Shown here: positions 58,701-64,000 of the stretch, piece after piece
How the letters are laid out: each line of letters opens with the position of its first letter
Position numbering within the stretch: the stretch's first letter is position 1
Assembly (NCBI GenBank): GCA_902475535.1
Contig: CABRZR010000008.1
Span: forward strand, 12,217-76,216
Origin: an uncultured Coriobacteriia bacterium
GTDB taxonomy: Bacteria > Actinomycetota > Coriobacteriia > Coriobacteriales > QAMH01
Direction of reading: 5' to 3'
DNA length: 64,000 nt
Program-made: the position numbers and the translations under genes
Notes under the pieces: generated by a model
Told to the model about the DNA's origin: nothing
Databases searched by the model: none
The model's input: only the letters and a program-made list of their open reading frames with translations

Positions 58701-61700
58701 GCGACAGCACCCGCGGCAAGGTCAACACCGACCCGGCCAAGGGCCTGACCGTCACCGAGACCCGTTTCTACGTGGATGAGGCGCTCAAGTCCCAGCTCGG
58801 CTGGTCGCCCTGCAGCCGCTTCAAGGATTACGCGCGTTACGTCAAGAAGGTTAGCACCTATAACGGTGTTAACGTGCTATATCCCAATAGCTGGTTCGAG
58901 AACAACGTCAAGCTCGAGAGCTTCGACGGCTCGGGCCTGACCGTGGGCGATGCCACGGATATGAATCGCATGTTCAATAACGACGGCAAGCTCTCGAGCT
59001 TCACGGGTGCCGAGAACTGGGATGTCTCGCACGTTCTCGACTTCAGCTACATGTTCAACATGTGCGCCTCGCTCGGGGACATCAGCCCGCTTGTCGGCTG
59101 GCATCTCAATACCGATACGGGTAATACCATCAACATGACCCACATGTTCTATGGCACGCGCATCGTGGACCTCAACCCGCTGGCCGCGCCGCAGCCCGGC
59201 CAACCCACCGGTTGGGACATGTCGCACGTCCTGGACACGAGCTACATGTTTGCCGAGAACAAGTTCCTCGTGGACCAGACGCCCATTGCCCATTGGGATA
59301 TGTCCACCAATGTCAACTTCAGCTTCATGTTTGCCAATGACAGCGCGCTTGCCACGATGGATCTCTCACGCTGGCAGATGCGTCGCGTCGTGAGCACGAG
59401 TCCGTACTATGCCGTCAACCTCGAGAACATGCTCGTCGGGCTTTCGAGCCTCGGTCAGCTCACGGTGGGCGAGTCGTCCCTGCTGCAGGGCACGGCGTTC
59501 AACAATAGCCTGTCCAATCACGGCCCAACAGACGGCATGTGGCAACTCACGTCTACGCGCGACGGCATCGAGGATGGCCTGCTCTTTGCCGACGGACGTA
59601 GCCCCTGGTTTGGCGACACCTCCAAGCTCGCCGCACGCTACACCAACGACCCCTATTCGGCCGACGCCCTCGTCTTCAAGTGGGTTCCCAAGCAGCTGGG
59701 CGGCCGCTTTGACAGCAATCCGTACGCCTGGTGGCGCTACGACAAGGACCCGGAGTCGGATACCTACGGCACGCTCACCCTGGGCGTGGACGACCACGAC
59801 AGCACCACCAAGTACGTGGCTGCCGATGACGACACGACCGTTTACGGCAAGAACGTGACCGAGCTTTCCGGCACCGTCGATGGCATCGAGTACGTCCTTC
59901 CCTGGTTGCAGGTCACCGACGACGAGGCCACCATCACCGACACCTCGCTTCCCACCACCCCCAATCTCGTCACCAAGACGATCATGGCCGTGACCGACGT
60001 CAAGAACGTCGTCAGCTTCAACGGTCTACTCATCGACAATCCCGCCAACTGGTTTGCCGGCTACTCCGCCATGGAGAGCTTCGACGGCACCCAGATGGAC
60101 GTCATCAACGCCACGGACATCTCCCACATGCTGCAGGGGACGAGCTCGCTCACCTCGCTCACGGGCAACTGGAACGTCTCCAACGTGACCGACATGTCCT
60201 ACTTCCTGAATGGCGCGAGCTCGCTCGAGTCGATCGCGGCGCTCACCAACTGGGACGTGACCAAGGTCACCACCATGGCCCACAGCTTCGACGGCATGAA
60301 GAGCCTGCCCAATCTCGACGAGATCGGCTCCTGGCAGATCAACAGCCTCGAGGATGCCTCCTACGCCTTTGCCAACACGGGCATCACCAACCAGCTCGCC
60401 ACCATGCACTGGCCTATTCTGGGCACCATGAACCTCACGGGCATGTTCGCCGGCAGCCATGAGCTCGCCACCGTGGACATCTCCTACTGGGATACGACCA
60501 ACTGCACCGTGACCGACATGTTCAAGGAGCTGCGCAGCCTCGGTGCCGATACCGGCTACCTCAAGGTCTCCGGCTTCAGCACCCTGATGGGCACGAGCCT
60601 TGACGGTATCTCGACGCGCCTTGCCAACCAGGGCATGTGGGTGCGCCAGGAGACCACGCCCATCGAGTGGTTTGGCAACGGCAACTCGCTCATCAAGCTG
60701 TATCCGGCCACGGGCAAGGGCGTCAACGAGGATACCAACGTCTTCACCTACAGCTGGGACCCGACCCGTCTGGGTGGCCGCTTCGAGAGCAACCCGTACG
60801 TCTGGTGGATCTTCTATCCCAACGCCCTGGGCGACCATGCGGCCAAGACCCTGACCATCGGCTCCGACCCCGGTTGCCCGAGCACCGAGGTGACCGAGAC
60901 CAACACCGGCACCACCGATGAAGCCGGTAACGTGACTAACTTGCTGCCCTGGCTCGTCTACAACGAGCACATCGATGGCCCCATCGTGCCCAAGGGCAAC
61001 GTCGTGCATTTCGCCGCCGAGAGCGAGGTCACGCCGGTGGACGCCGCAGGACTGGCGGCCGAGAGCCGCGGCAAGAGCTTTGAGGGCTGGTTCAGCGGCT
61101 ACAGCGTGCTCAAGGACTTCGATGGCAAGGGTCTCGTGATTGGCAATAGCATCACGTCTTTCAAGGACCTGTGGAACGGGGACTCGAGCCTTACCAGCAT
61201 CAGGAACATCTCGCACTGGGATGTCTCCAACATCACCAATATGGCCAACTTGCTCAAGGACAACAGCTCGCTCGAGACCTACGGCGAGTTTGGCACCTGG
61301 GCTGCTGGTCTGGGCACGGGCAAGCTCGTCAACATCTCCGGCCTGCTCTACAACAACGACAAGCTCACCAACGACGACCTGGCCTACTTTGGCAGCTGGG
61401 ATGTCACGGGTGTCACCGACATGAGCTACCTGCTCTACGATACCGATGCCATCACGACGCTCGTCAACCTCGAGAACTGGCGCGCGAGCAGCCTGCAGAC
61501 CATCAACTACGCCTTCGCCGAGATGGAGGAGCTCACCACGCTCGACGGCCTGGCGGATTGGGCACCGGGTCGCGGCGGTGCCGTCTCGCTGTTCACCATG
61601 GCCCACATGCTCGAGAACGACCTCAAGCTCTCCGACGTGACGGCCATCACCGGTTCTGCGGCCGGCGGATCGTTCTGGGACGTCTCCAACGTCACGGACT

Positions 61701-64000
61701 TCAGCGCGCTCTTCAAGAACATGGGCCGTAACGTCTGGGCCCAGAAGGTCACCAAGCTCGACCTATCGCGATGGGACATGCGTAGCATGACCCATCGCTC
61801 GGTGCTGCCGACCGTCACCGATATGATGCTCCTGGGCACCATCACCGCCGAGGATATGGACTTCTCGAACTTCGTCGAGCTCACGCTCGGACCCAACGTC
61901 ATCCTGGAGGGCACTGGCCTTGACAAGAGCGGTTGCCAGGCTGGCGACTACGGCGTGTGGGTCAAGAACGATACGAGCATCGGCAGCAGCGTGCCCGTGG
62001 GCAACACCAGCGACCTGGTGCGCATGTATCCGGCCTCCACTTCGGCGACCGGTCCTGTCGACGTCACCGTCTACACCTGGGACACCACGCACCTGGGCGG
62101 CACCTTCGACTCCAATCACAACATCTGGTGGACCTATGCCAAGGAGAACTTCTCCAACGGCGAGAAGACCGGCACCATCACGCTGGGCGCCATCGACCGC
62201 TCCAAGCCCCTCTACACCTTCGAGGTGGCCGCGGACGTGCCCTGGAAGCGCCTGCAGGAGACTGTGAGCGCCTTCACCGTCAACGACGTGAACGGCAAGG
62301 TCGCCCCCGTCAGCCTGGCCGAGTGGTTTGCCGAGTACCCGGCACTCGAGGACTTTGACGGAAGCAAGCTCGATGTCAAGGACGTCAACAGCTTCTACCA
62401 CATGTTCTACAAGACGCCGTCCCTGCTCACCTTCAGCGGCACCGAGAACTGGAACACGAGCAGCGCGGCCACCTTCGAGGGCATGTTCCAGGAATCTCCG
62501 CAGGTTATCGAGATCCACATGGAGAGCTGGGCCATGCGCTACAACCACGCCAAGGTCACGACCCTGCAGCCCGACGGCTCCACGAGGACCGAGTACACCT
62601 GGGTCGTGCCGAAGCTCACCAACATGTTCCTGGGCACCGAGCATCTGCGCGTGCTGGGCCTGGGCGAGAGCTCCGTGCTCGAGGGCAGCGGCATGACCGA
62701 CATCGTGGCCGTGGGCCCGACGCGCCGCGGCTTCTGGTACCAGGACACCGATGACGTGGATGCGCCCGGTGTCAACAAGTACCTGACGAGCGAACTTGCC
62801 AACCACTATCGCGCCGGCCTCACCGACATTCCCGGCACCCACGTGTACTACTGGGTGTACAACTCTGCGTTCAAGAACGAGAACGTGTGGTGGCGCTACG
62901 ACAACAAGACCTACACCCTGGTCATGGGCGTCTACGACCCGCTGGGCAATTGCGTGGTCGAGGAGTTTGGCGATGACCTGCCCTGGAAGGGCTCCATCGA
63001 CACCGAGGCCTCCAACCGCGTCGAGAACGTCGTGACCTACAACGTCAACGGCGGCCGCATCGCGCCCAAGTCCCTCGAGGGCTGGTTCGATAACTACAAG
63101 AGCCTCATCACCTTTGACGGCACGGGCCTGCGTGTCGATGACACGGGCAGCTTCGAGCGTCTGTTCAAGGGTGACGACAAGCTCGAGACCGTCGACATCT
63201 CCAACTGGGTCATGGTCACCGGCCCGCGCTTTGCGCAGGCCACTGATGCCACGCTCACCACGCTCGACCCGAGCGTCACCGACATGTTCACCAACTGCAC
63301 CTCCATCCGCGAGCTCTCGACGCGCTACACCGTCAAGCTCGACGGCAGCGGTCTGAACCGCAAGGACGGCATGTGGGCAACGGGCAACTTCACCGACAAC
63401 CACACGCCGGACGACACCCTGTGGTTCCTCACCTCCGAGCGCCTGCGCAAGAACTATCCGAGCGCCACCATCGAAGAGGCGAGCAATGCCAAGACCGGAT
63501 CCATCCGCTTCAACGAGCACGCGGTGTACTACTTCGTCAAGGGCTCCGGCAACATGCTGCACGACAACCAGGATGCTGCCTGGGCCGTGGTGCTCGAGGA
63601 CACCGTCGTGGGCAACACGACGCTGCATGCCAACGAGATGTACATCGGCGTGCGCCCCGAGGCCGAGAACAAGGAAATCAGCGGCATGCGCTGGAGGCCC
63701 TGGGGCCCCTACACCGAGAAGGTCACGGACATCAAGACCTATGGCTTGCTGTCGCCCGACTACATGTACGACTGGTTCAACAACTCGCGCTACGCCTACA
63801 CGCAGCCCCTCGAGGAGGGCACGTACCTCATCCATGCCGAGAATCCCCAGTACAACGGATATCTGTACTATGCCTTTGAGTCGGGCCATAGCTACGGTGG
63901 TGGCTATTGGGAATATTGGTATGGTGGCTTGGGCAGCCGCAACCAGGGCTGGTACATCAAGTACATGGGTACCGACCCGACCTACGGCCACTACTACGAG
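46718..64000 (+). CDS. giant secreted modular surface protein (DUF285/BspA-type LRR modules), 3'-truncated by the window with more than 5,760 codons visible
   Basis: ATG 46718 follows GAGGAAAG and an in-frame TGA at 46697. The N-terminus MIQSNENIFRDARALRARARVIYMVVAAIFLSLTISAISATVFTPAAFADD is signal-peptide-like. No listed + ORF between 46.7 and 64 kb lies in this frame (codon starts = 2 mod 3), as expected for an ORF with no stop. Spot translations at 47381, 50702, 54941, 57422, 58082, 60767, 61562 and 63842 all give open, protein-like sequence with W(D/N)(T/V)S.VT.(M/F)..MF repeats. Confidence 0.9.
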   Translation, partial: MIQSNENIFRDARALRARARVIYMVVAAIFLSLTISAISATVFTPAAFADDTLLVAQSATSDDAVNAGADDSAGTPVDQAIPGAEGGDFSTPLTAFASPEMAGEGAVAENGAEDFSEDASDQQISGAEDQSGEPLNGEGQPTENSAEETADEDPAVTENVENPTPEETTTVEEETTPDQVDVPGVEEPEEPNAGVYGPVRYLAAASAPVIAPAAGTNAFSDNANITWEYKNHVLTITAGGSDKQLTTSLTGSNLPWLTSTTSAVSRADIHSIKFVANGSGGKVAPLDLTSWFADYTALTTIDVTNLDVSKAVSFDKMFQNAKVLTTITGMETWKTDSGISFQDMFANVEKLETLDLSGVYTATGSGSNVADGTEKNRLDMLAGMKSLRTITLHPDTALTDTGIERISSRNDDLGYWMATRVVQGEINVWQGKPSELIQRWGTNGAADNGLKANFTLNFFPEGYFTSNSAIKWSYNWNRKTLEIELDPSIAHTDFAVTETASQLPWLRAVPSDLINIITFHETIDGTNTYKMVAPASIANWFADYVNLSVFRGSGLDVSNVTDFSGLFKGCINAANIDMTGWVMGASANISEMLGDCRSLKTITVSDTTRIAGAGLLNISSMNKANGVWERYDDKGKVKDPWFGTTDNLERRYNGTILGAAHGDATYRFNTILRGGRFDNDNTWWKFDNVNNILSIGADDDEDGETLGKLISETASANGTRYMPWLEQVDGQPIVTIRNVELIKTYNGAQPADMSYWFKDFVKLFDFDGTSLDTSQCVGFTGLFMNDVNLGGINNGVLDISSFDMSHSMSANRADMFKGVNKLLNIKLGPKVQLIGSGLDKLDLHDQTSGTWVRKGSDTDYWIGTSASLLNRYGNAASEGAALGEAALYFWDVTLLRNVFQSNGNIWWEYDSDAAMLRIGATNPSGNVTITERPDPVNVQNDQPWLLVIGKAAGSGEPARALGRSSIRYIVFEDKLHMLYPADWFKDYVNLENLRFAKGMDFTGATSLANFCANCTAMHTISGMGNFTNTTGITSVAHMFDGTRFATLAGVDVFDTSNVTDFSYFLANNTVLRTFDKAAAWNTSKGTNFSYFFYNNRSLSTLDISGWDMSKATTASSRENFLAGLNSLEMLFLGDKIILTNSGLGDATLAPDRAQDKGSFQASTFDPSTATNASVTHKWLGPSADLERRYPVTSRNYGSNFLYEWRARNYSGRFSDANGGDMAWWKYDAVTGMLTVGTDTTNPIQLALDPTEAEAAWIPVIDAIYEAENQYDGLANVKSFVAEALNGNPTIRLSAWSLANLFATYYTGLTSFNGAGLATDLVISLASMFEGCDSLVSFTGVENWDTGKVTTVNSMFKDTKSAIQIEGTQNWNTSAVTDFSSMFENATGVESILNIGTWDVSAGTTFENMFNGATSLKYLNIAFTPAAGGHMNVAANRNGMLANAPAILELTVGNNSYLADTGIDDNHKSSRGSWERRDESFTIVWFGTTKNLMVRYPVSDPASDLGVVKYTWEEGTLRGRFTNENAWWQFTYTDDEKTHGDLIIGLIDTSTGADHVITETAAELPWADAFGDNRVSAITMQNGVTFVGNNLEGWFENYTALEHFDGTSMNVSGATSLANLFKGDDKLIVVEGLSNWSVHNVLSYDSMFEGCASVTSIDVHGWEMNVNATRVNMFKGLDSIISLYLGQYISLEGTALFDSDTRNATMGSWMRATKDADAVLYADDPWFGSSDDLVRRYENPAGNDHGWKNTDTYGAYYYWQTGVFRGRFGENDNAWWSYDRGTLTFGMDLPEVWSSENTVEPVVTDRSIYEADTIDHETGKVVKGEHSSQLPWEKASSVDGMFNAWTDVVSVTAQTTEYNGVTYKINPRNLSFWFKDYKGLKSFDGVNINMKSDEQSFESLFEGCTSLAVLNFSGWEWDGDMERTNMLANLPALSSLTIKRVVLEGTGLGLDVNGKELAARAANVGRWVMDNNIVHDVPWFGPTAKLVSRYDVILSVAIDDEHLYTWDSKYAGSRVDNNPNAWWIFSLVDDEENDVKKGTLIMGSDASEDRDIHKSGTATLVDGKMEYSGSTLQWALSPGTTVVKTGTLDNIVEITEDLIAGIPNIAAVKHVSTFSTLVPQDTMLGWFANMVNLESFDGTFLDVSHVTNFNGLFAGCKKLAYVKIGNWIMHDAGRDADVTDMFRDCQSLYKLTVGKGVVLSQASGLSETLTNREPDKGTWIYNLWFGSSSDLADDYTNAGVSSAADALYTSGSVVSTEITYTWDEGNLGGRFPSNPNVWWRYTGVVRDGMVGLRVGLLRIGSDSEDNNAITETSVQLPWRKLLKNVNTITEVRTAADGSYPVSVKDLSGWFGTYLAADNSTRAHTGLDTFKGEGFILDKPGNECISLESMFDGANKLAKATGMEHWKTSTVRSYVRMFYACYVLYDLDIQDWDMTTAHIQNTPTTQDMFHGMGTYQMKLNSLTLGPNAVLEGTNLCKLVDSQQGGRTFHNTGDGVWVMGDALNSDAITGDTDTPWWDTTEAFIARYALDKTAQRTAASIASPTVAATVAPPADLIHKYVWNAGMLGGNFESNANVWWKIDQETRDLTIGVHNKDLCNVVTEYNHLVDGKVVDGYKQYMTPWYKIGAAISSFKVDTKNGKVAPLSLEGWFDEDCLFQEGGLGGLLGTHAWNANNVMDEWQRYVNEMWIDLDYESTAQGVKPSDGYNMTDSVRPYWESWKCFIAAWEYGGNRWEGDAYNPCVEKIFTPVYLEAGETYYLSLDYTMTYYYWGAGNFGFEIYDNVVPRTGSSRLAGVVFPNYEYMNNTELRHGYVTYTARRTGIHYVGFNGQNFHCYNGDWTFTFKDLSLAKYTKFTYFDGSGLDTTNTTSTERMFNNAVFLRDIIGVDDWDTTRVTTMQSTFRNTKVLTTLDSIKEWNVSNVVNFSRMFEGMQSMDATLNLDWVTTSAEDLSYMFLNNTFVPNTNYLKLWDVSKVTNYTGMFKNASALEDAAAISDWRLGIDVTSDLTEMFMNTPALVAIDTRGWNLGSPTIIDRMLCNATALRSMAFGVTTSLKGAYLGLNEEGKQFPSRNARAGGWIRLNASKDWFGSTADVAALYPTLNWGDTVEGPYTYIWTDEQTGGNSFPSNEYAWWKYMKDSKTLIIGIDEEKANNPDFVNYHTWVTETFEELPWFVSEDGTENLIYTPEEIENVQFVSNVHVINPSRWFAGYVNLHSADLSGMRIDLAGDISGLFDGDVKLQSVIGLDDWYNEIGAATDAAIDEANLTLPTDKQLVKDDTIITSFENLFKDNTLLRELETLENWDVSTVTNMAGMFWGAATLNDISQLNNWTTAQVTTMENMFRGMLKLRKVDAVVNWDTSSCANFDGMFQDCKTVVSVDLTSPNWNTDAAIFPNGDGTNRLQAINMLAGMDALKFLYVKPTTILTGTGLEKSDTHEGRDGRWTLQTINGYVPWWGSATDLVERYPMEYNPELDPFGGPDGMNLTYRFEFGKPGGRFESNKFGWWYFDNDPESETYKTLVIGVDTEWVQVTVTKDGSGNKSFSYTKVPVDNFVVTETADYLPWLTPASGAIELTPEAARPLIEHISFNNNGITPTDISRWFYGLTNLKDADLAGVEMSQTRSIAGLFEGDAKLETLNTGNKGQRWAAMPNVTTAASMFKGCAMLGAVTGMEYWDMAQVLNFSSMFQGCTVLPNRMIEQAGKWQLNTDTATTVSMANMFQSCATITTLDGLLDWNTSRVNTFAYMFENCASLLYANGVRNWTTDICMDYTAMFQGDRALKEFNAKNWVVDRGCAYENTFYLCMDLNRCVLGEGWSTIKEPTRVDPFQNIVNVTLDPGQSYSWKFTAPQWADGFYVEIFNYIFDSHYPSCPATHGYIYGAEKEGMPLTMFWTDYRHGSTSALIDGRFCQIDIVVPGGCAAKSYINFQVHYVYPEKMIWECEEDHWTGTWDNINEGFDKYQATMAGTYVWGDFKAGARFDSNDRAWWTLEIRDDSYELVISLDEGDSTRGKVNTDPAKGLTVTETRFYVDEALKSQLGWSPCSRFKDYARYVKKVSTYNGVNVLYPNSWFENNVKLESFDGSGLTVGDATDMNRMFNNDGKLSSFTGAENWDVSHVLDFSYMFNMCASLGDISPLVGWHLNTDTGNTINMTHMFYGTRIVDLNPLAAPQPGQPTGWDMSHVLDTSYMFAENKFLVDQTPIAHWDMSTNVNFSFMFANDSALATMDLSRWQMRRVVSTSPYYAVNLENMLVGLSSLGQLTVGESSLLQGTAFNNSLSNHGPTDGMWQLTSTRDGIEDGLLFADGRSPWFGDTSKLAARYTNDPYSADALVFKWVPKQLGGRFDSNPYAWWRYDKDPESDTYGTLTLGVDDHDSTTKYVAADDDTTVYGKNVTELSGTVDGIEYVLPWLQVTDDEATITDTSLPTTPNLVTKTIMAVTDVKNVVSFNGLLIDNPANWFAGYSAMESFDGTQMDVINATDISHMLQGTSSLTSLTGNWNVSNVTDMSYFLNGASSLESIAALTNWDVTKVTTMAHSFDGMKSLPNLDEIGSWQINSLEDASYAFANTGITNQLATMHWPILGTMNLTGMFAGSHELATVDISYWDTTNCTVTDMFKELRSLGADTGYLKVSGFSTLMGTSLDGISTRLANQGMWVRQETTPIEWFGNGNSLIKLYPATGKGVNEDTNVFTYSWDPTRLGGRFESNPYVWWIFYPNALGDHAAKTLTIGSDPGCPSTEVTETNTGTTDEAGNVTNLLPWLVYNEHIDGPIVPKGNVVHFAAESEVTPVDAAGLAAESRGKSFEGWFSGYSVLKDFDGKGLVIGNSITSFKDLWNGDSSLTSIRNISHWDVSNITNMANLLKDNSSLETYGEFGTWAAGLGTGKLVNISGLLYNNDKLTNDDLAYFGSWDVTGVTDMSYLLYDTDAITTLVNLENWRASSLQTINYAFAEMEELTTLDGLADWAPGRGGAVSLFTMAHMLENDLKLSDVTAITGSAAGGSFWDVSNVTDFSALFKNMGRNVWAQKVTKLDLSRWDMRSMTHRSVLPTVTDMMLLGTITAEDMDFSNFVELTLGPNVILEGTGLDKSGCQAGDYGVWVKNDTSIGSSVPVGNTSDLVRMYPASTSATGPVDVTVYTWDTTHLGGTFDSNHNIWWTYAKENFSNGEKTGTITLGAIDRSKPLYTFEVAADVPWKRLQETVSAFTVNDVNGKVAPVSLAEWFAEYPALEDFDGSKLDVKDVNSFYHMFYKTPSLLTFSGTENWNTSSAATFEGMFQESPQVIEIHMESWAMRYNHAKVTTLQPDGSTRTEYTWVVPKLTNMFLGTEHLRVLGLGESSVLEGSGMTDIVAVGPTRRGFWYQDTDDVDAPGVNKYLTSELANHYRAGLTDIPGTHVYYWVYNSAFKNENVWWRYDNKTYTLVMGVYDPLGNCVVEEFGDDLPWKGSIDTEASNRVENVVTYNVNGGRIAPKSLEGWFDNYKSLITFDGTGLRVDDTGSFERLFKGDDKLETVDISNWVMVTGPRFAQATDATLTTLDPSVTDMFTNCTSIRELSTRYTVKLDGSGLNRKDGMWATGNFTDNHTPDDTLWFLTSERLRKNYPSATIEEASNAKTGSIRFNEHAVYYFVKGSGNMLHDNQDAAWAVVLEDTVVGNTTLHANEMYIGVRPEAENKEISGMRWRPWGPYTEKVTDIKTYGLLSPDYMYDWFNNSRYAYTQPLEEGTYLIHAENPQYNGYLYYAFESGHSYGGGYWEYWYGGLGSRNQGWYIKYMGTDPTYGHYYE
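46977..47023. repeat. family FB single unit inside the giant gene (in-frame)
   Basis: GAGATTTCTCGACTCCGCTCACCGCGTTCGCTTCGCCCGAAATGGCA is translated as ..GDFSTPLTAFASPEMA.. in the N-terminal linker. Confidence 0.8.
48737..62893 (+). repeat. intragenic module array with 15 in-frame TGGTGG (Trp-Trp) module-start motifs in conserved G-G-R-F-x-S-N-x-x-x-W-W context
   Basis: TGGTGG occurs at 48764, 49433, 50384, 51293, 52037, 52778, 53546, 54437, 56096, 57206, 58643, 59729, 60803, 62126 and 62888, all with codon starts = 2 mod 3. Examples are GGRFDNDNTWWKFDN and LGGRFESNPYVWWIFYP. Two degenerate earlier copies lie near 47390 (NITWEYKNH) and 48130. Confidence 0.85.

Noticed and set aside
57530-63991. 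Minus-strand ORFs 57530..58522, 58877..59293, 59366..59797, 60026..61606 and 61763..63991
   Set aside because: Same reasoning: these are in-register antisense shadows of the continuing giant + strand ORF.

Overview
This is a high-GC Gram-positive-type chromosome segment. Coding lines I counted are about 60% G+C. The gene content (hisZ plus short hisG, dapL, eukaryote-type icd, split metH) suggests a Coriobacteriia-like actinobacterium, but that is inference only. (1) Bases 1-41.7 kb hold ordinary housekeeping genes: thiM, a contiguous hisZGDCBHAF operon, SDR, amidohydrolases, helD, icd, map, split metH, pyrE, dapL, ygiQ, modD, cstA, MarR, a radical-SAM enzyme and DUF1846. (2) Bases 41.76-46.7 kb form a strongly AT-rich, almost ORF-free island. 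It carries an iteron-like array of AGATAAAGA motifs, a perfect 22-bp hairpin, and one RHH/coiled-coil gene interrupted by an in-frame TAG. (3) From 46,718 to the window edge there is one unterminated + strand reading frame of more than 5,760 codons. It encodes a secreted, modular DUF285/BspA-type LRR giant protein. It is missing from the supplied ORF track because it has no stop in the window. The listed 3,562-aa minus-strand ORF (46760..57448) and its followers are codon-in-register antisense shadows of this gene. Three families of short palindromic or foldback repeats also pepper the window. Several copies sit in-frame inside genes (metH, an LRR gene, the giant gene) or donate stop codons (hisG, pyrE, dapL). 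No tRNA, rRNA, CRISPR, transposase or integrase was recognised. All calls come from reading the sequence and from motif memory, with no searches run. Start codons are best guesses.
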